A stretch of DNA of 64,000 nucleotides from an uncultured virus (IMG/VR IMGVR_UViG_3300032227_002278) (taxonomy: Duplodnaviria; Heunggongvirae; Uroviricota; Caudoviricetes): IMG/VR virus record IMGVR_UViG_3300032227_002278. The stretch is one strand, 5' to 3'. The notes beneath the pieces were generated by a model, which searched no databases, was not told the DNA's origin, and saw only the letters and a list, made by a program, of their open reading frames with translations. Below, piece by piece: positions 60,935 to 64,000 of this stretch (positions are counted from its first letter, which is position 1; each line of letters opens with the position of its first letter). Position numbers and translations under genes: made by a program.

Positions 60935-61486
60935 ATGAACAGGAAGATGGTAGACGACAAGTATTTCAACAAATTTATATACGATAGACTTCAGAAGATA
61001 ACTGATGCCATCGTTGTTTGCAAAACACTTGCTGTCAAGTATCCAGAGGTTCCACTTGGTTCATTTGATTTAGAATATATATTCAGAATTAGAAGTATGA
61101 TTCCTTCAGGTGTATTTCCTGCAGCAGTGATTTACGCTGTTGGGAAGAATCCTCTTGCTCCTGTTGAAGATATATTTGATATTTTCATTGATTATATATT
61201 TGAATTTCGTGCTCATATGGCTGGCTGTTGCTATGATTGTTGGGAAAATGTTTATGATATTGATGAATATTCCTTTGTTCTTCATAAGAAGATATGGAAT
61301 AAAGCTGCCAAAAAGCAGAAAGAGCATTTTCTTTGCATCGAATGTATAGAAGACAGGCTCAAAAGGGAGTTGGAACCAGAGGATTTTAATTGGGAAGTTC
61401 CACTAAATGGTCCCGATGAAATTCGTAGCAAAAGGCTTGAATCAAGAATGTATGGCGAAGATTACGATGAATGTTGGTACTGTTAG
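60935..61486 (+). CDS. Hypothetical protein with C-terminal Zn-binding domain
   Basis: CYDC...LCIECIEDRLKREL.PEDF. Confidence 0.65.
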   Translation: MNRKMVDDKYFNKFIYDRLQKITDAIVVCKTLAVKYPEVPLGSFDLEYIFRIRSMIPSGVFPAAVIYAVGKNPLAPVEDIFDIFIDYIFEFRAHMAGCCYDCWENVYDIDEYSFVLHKKIWNKAAKKQKEHFLCIECIEDRLKRELEPEDFNWEVPLNGPDEIRSKRLESRMYGEDYDECWYC

Positions 61487-61497
61487 GTGTGACAATT

Positions 61498-61956
61498 ATG
61501 AATATATTCGCTCTTTCAAAAGACCATTTAGAATGTGCTATGTGGCACAATAATAAACATTGTTCTAAAATGATTTTAGAACACACTCAAATGTTATGCA
61601 CGACACTTAATTTTTTAGGTGTAGACTCACCATATCGTTCTGTTCATAAAAATCATCCATGTAGAATATGGACAGGAACTAATAGAGCTAATTTTGTTTG
61701 GCTTTGTGAACTTACATTTTATTTGGGGGAGGAATTTACATTTCGATATGGCAAGAAACATAAAAGTGTAGAGGTTGCAAATTTCTGCTTTAAACATAAA
61801 GATGTTTTGCCAGAGGGGGAATTAACAAAGTTTGCTTTGGCTATGCCAGATGAGTATAAAGTTTCATGTTCTATTGAATCTTATAGAAATTATTATAAAG
61901 GTGCCAAAAAACATTTGGCAAATTGGGGTCCAAGAGAAAAACCATACTGGTATTAA
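61498..61956 (+). CDS. Pyrimidine dimer DNA glycosylase/DenV-like protein
   Basis: MNIFAL...KHCSKMILEHTQML...HKNHPC.IW...AMPDEYK...SYRNYY. Confidence 0.8.
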   Translation: MNIFALSKDHLECAMWHNNKHCSKMILEHTQMLCTTLNFLGVDSPYRSVHKNHPCRIWTGTNRANFVWLCELTFYLGEEFTFRYGKKHKSVEVANFCFKHKDVLPEGELTKFALAMPDEYKVSCSIESYRNYYKGAKKHLANWGPREKPYWY

Positions 61957-62017
61957 GTTTTTTTTCTTGGAAGAAACGACTTGTTCCAGACTTTGTCCTA
62001 TGATATAAGTGTGAGCT

Positions 62018-62066
62018 ACCTGGTGCGAGGTTGTGTTTAGTAATCGGACGCACCTTATCCGATTGC
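62018..62066 (+). ncRNA. Covariant kissing-loop RNA, copy 4
   Basis: ACCT-GGTGCG-AGGT and GTAATCGGA-CGCACCTTA-TCCGATTGC. Confidence 0.5.
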
Positions 62067-62088
62067 AATACAAGGAAGTGAGAAGACG

Positions 62089-62463
62089 ATGATGAATAAG
62101 TTTGTTGCAGTTGTAGCTCTGGTTCTTTTGGCTAGTAGTTCTTTTGCTGGTCCTTTTGGACTGGTTGGACGCAAAGGCTATTCCAATAACAATAACAATA
62201 CCAATACCACTACAAATAGTGGCGGACAGGTTGTGTATAACAATCGTCCTTTTCTGGGAACCGCTCAAGCTGCTGCCAATTATTTAGCTTCAATCTGCCG
62301 CTTGGGGCACTTTGGTGGCAACTCAGGATATGAAGGAGTAGGCATGGGCAGCACTCCCTATCAAGCAGAAATGAACTGCTGCTATCGCAACAAATGGAAT
62401 CCTAGAGAAGTAGGTATCGCCCAAGGCTCAAATGGCATGTGGTATGCCTGCTGCCGTTACTAA
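62089..62463 (+). CDS. Secreted Cys-rich protein of a family I associate with planctomycetes
   Basis: Signal peptide; GHFGG...YEGVG...NCCY...G.WYAC. Confidence 0.7.
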   Translation: MMNKFVAVVALVLLASSSFAGPFGLVGRKGYSNNNNNTNTTTNSGGQVVYNNRPFLGTAQAAANYLASICRLGHFGGNSGYEGVGMGSTPYQAEMNCCYRNKWNPREVGIAQGSNGMWYACCRY

Positions 62464-62562
62464 GGTTTGATATAAGTTGACAAAGAAAGAGGCGGGGAAA
62501 CCCGCCTCTTTTTTATTACGATAATTCTGAAGCCTATTCTTTTCGGTGGAAGGAGTAAACCG

Positions 62563-62757
62563 ATGAAAAGAGGATTAGTTTTAATTTTACTTTTAACGGG
62601 CTGTAGGCACTATACAAACCATGCCAATCGCCCTGTTCCCAAATGGTGCGCTGAAAGTGGAGTGGCTACCAGCTACTTTCCAAATGCCCCATGCAAAAAA
62701 TATGAATTTGAAATTGAGAAAGTGGATCTTTCTTTCAAACTAAGGAGAGAATGGTAA
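62563..62757 (+). CDS. Putative lipoprotein
   Basis: LLTGC lipobox. Confidence 0.6.
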   Translation: MKRGLVLILLLTGCRHYTNHANRPVPKWCAESGVATSYFPNAPCKKYEFEIEKVDLSFKLRREW

Positions 62758-63356
62758 TGGTTAAAGTGGTTAGCATTGACGAAGTTGTTGAAATTTTAAA
62801 GAATATCAATAAAGATATTCTTTTCACTATTAGACTTGCTACTGATGCCGATCTTCTAAAGAAAGGCAATCCTTATAACAGGGTTATTAAGGTTCAAGAC
62901 CTTCAATGTTATATTGGTAGCAAAATGTATGAAGAGCAAGTGAATGACAAGCTGCAATCCAAATGGAAGCAGGAAAAGATGGTGGACCCTAATGCACCGG
63001 AACCACAAAAGTTTGTTGCTATGGAAAGACCTTTTGGTACGCATGTAGAGGGGACACCGCTGATTAAACATGAAAAGAATGTTGGCAGTCCCTATTATTG
63101 TCAGATTTCTTGCGTGAAATCGGTTTCTGTTGGGTATTTTGATGAAAAATTAAATAAAATTTCAACAGATGCCGTAAGACCTTTCTTTAAGAATAAAAAG
63201 GAAGGTTCAAGACAGATTGAGGCTGGACTTGACACTTGTGAAGTGATAGTATATAGAACACCTTGGGTTGGGAGTTTTGTTTCTATGCAACAGCATAACA
63301 GCAAGAACCTGATTCAAGTTGATAATATGTTAACATATCAGTGCTTAACACTCTGA
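62751..63356 (+). CDS. Hypothetical protein
   Basis: AAGGAG RBS, 201 aa. Confidence 0.65.
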   Translation: MVMVKVVSIDEVVEILKNINKDILFTIRLATDADLLKKGNPYNRVIKVQDLQCYIGSKMYEEQVNDKLQSKWKQEKMVDPNAPEPQKFVAMERPFGTHVEGTPLIKHEKNVGSPYYCQISCVKSVSVGYFDEKLNKISTDAVRPFFKNKKEGSRQIEAGLDTCEVIVYRTPWVGSFVSMQQHNSKNLIQVDNMLTYQCLTL

Positions 63357-63365
63357 TATAAACAT

Positions 63366-63634
63366 GCGCCCTTAGCTTAATGGATAAAGCCACGGTCTTC
63401 GATATAGGAGCATTGTAAGAGAAATCTTATAATGAATTGCGTCAAAGTCGGTGAACCCTTAGCTGGGAATACCGAGCCAAGCCTGGAAACAGGAAGGTGT
63501 AGAGAGTAGACGACGCAGGTCTTAACAGGTAATGCTGAAGACCAAGGTGTACTCCAGACCACAAACCGAAAGGGTAGCGAAAGCTATAGTGGTAAGCTAA
63601 ACCGTAGATAGAGGTTCGATTCCTCTAGGGCGTA
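63366..63634 (+). tRNA. trnR: tRNA-Arg(UCU) with group I intron; exons 63366-63399 and 63597-63634
   Basis: Spliced: GCGCCCT..ACGGT-CTT|CTAA-ACCGT..AGAGG-TTCGATT-CCTCT-AGGGCGT-A. Confidence 0.9.
63400..63596 (+). ncRNA. Group I intron (IC3-like), 197 nt
   Basis: AAAGTCGGTGAACC..GGGAATACCGAGCCAAG..GAAGGTGTAGAGAGTAGACG..TACTCC..GTAGCGAAAGCTAT..terminal G; resembles bacterial tRNA introns. Confidence 0.9.
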
Positions 63635-63640
63635 TTAAGA

Positions 63641-63669
63641 GAGAGACTAAGTAGTCTCTCTTTTTTTTT
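63641..63669 (+). terminator. Intrinsic terminator after the tRNA
   Basis: GAGAGACTA-AG-TAGTCTCTC plus T9. Confidence 0.8.
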
Positions 63670-63698
63670 GTGTGTTGGTAACAAACAAGGAGGTTGTT

Positions 63699-63947
63699 AT
63701 GTTTGTGATTCGTGTGTCTAGGGGATCTTTAAACTATGTAGCTGGTTTTTCGGAGAATCATCAAGTGGTGGTTTTCTGCGAAGAATTGGAAGAAGCTAAA
63801 GTTTTCAATACTTATCAACAAGCATTAGGATGGGTATCTGATTATACAGATGTTGGTTATGGATTTGAATTGAAAGATGTTAATTGTATTGTGAATATGA
63901 ATGAGAATACTTCTGAAAAGTATCTGAATACGATTCTTCAATTGTAA
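63699..63947 (+). CDS. Hypothetical protein
   Basis: AAGGAGG RBS. Confidence 0.6.
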   Translation: MFVIRVSRGSLNYVAGFSENHQVVVFCEELEEAKVFNTYQQALGWVSDYTDVGYGFELKDVNCIVNMNENTSEKYLNTILQL

Positions 63948-64000
63948 TTACGATAATTGCAAAAGTCTTTGTTTTAGGTGTCGAAAAGGTTTCTACTAAA

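Larger units (their letters stand above)
35176..63981 (+). promoter_or_regulatory. Dispersed bipartite motif AATTACGATAATT-N12-YTTTTAGGTGT (putative phage promoter)
   Basis: ATTACGATAATT at 35176, 37585, 38166, 38858, 40486, 41785, 41864, 43223, 45530, 46024, 47666, 49721, 51801, 54719, 56542, 57767, 59809, 60241, 60885, 62515, 63947; variants at 35608, 49641, 49909, 61461. Confidence 0.85.

Noticed and set aside
63377..63562. ORF inside the Arg intron
   Set aside because: Short antisense frame across the ribozyme core with no protein motif.
35176..63981. Classical integron attC array
   Set aside because: No RYYYAAC/GTTRRRY boxes or long attC hairpins and no integron integrase in the window. 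The position before RBSs fits promoters better.

Overview
Fragment of a large, AT-rich (roughly 30% GC by eye) bacteriophage genome, probably jumbo or T4-like. Several host-derived genes point to a Planctomycetota host. Left part (1-33 kb): a glycan/methyltransferase cluster, an IS607 element with a nonsense-mutated tnpA, a DEDDh exonuclease, a sigma70-like protein, an SNF2 helicase, three Dam-like MTases, a thermonuclease, DUF5131, a Thr-rich RCC1 protein and a tnpB-only IS200/IS605 element. Middle (33.5-35.1 kb): an iteron-like repeat region where GC skew switches, a probable replication origin. Right part (35-64 kb): co-oriented small genes, most units preceded by the motif AATTACGATAATT-N12-YTTTTAGGTGT. 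It also holds MoxR-AAA/VWA genes and tRNAs: Ile-UAU, Leu-UAA, Arg-UCU with a 197-nt group I intron, a broken intron-containing tRNA, and Thr-CGU split by a mini-IS. Top leads: (1) a secreted protein with an in-frame UGA followed by a SECIS-like hairpin, a candidate phage selenoprotein; (2) a 227-bp ORF-less IS in tRNA-Thr that looks like a self-promoted TnpB omegaRNA whose guide matches the intact tRNA gene; (3) a repeated, covarying kissing-loop leader RNA; (4) the promoter/cassette motif array. All calls come from reading the sequence; no database search was run.
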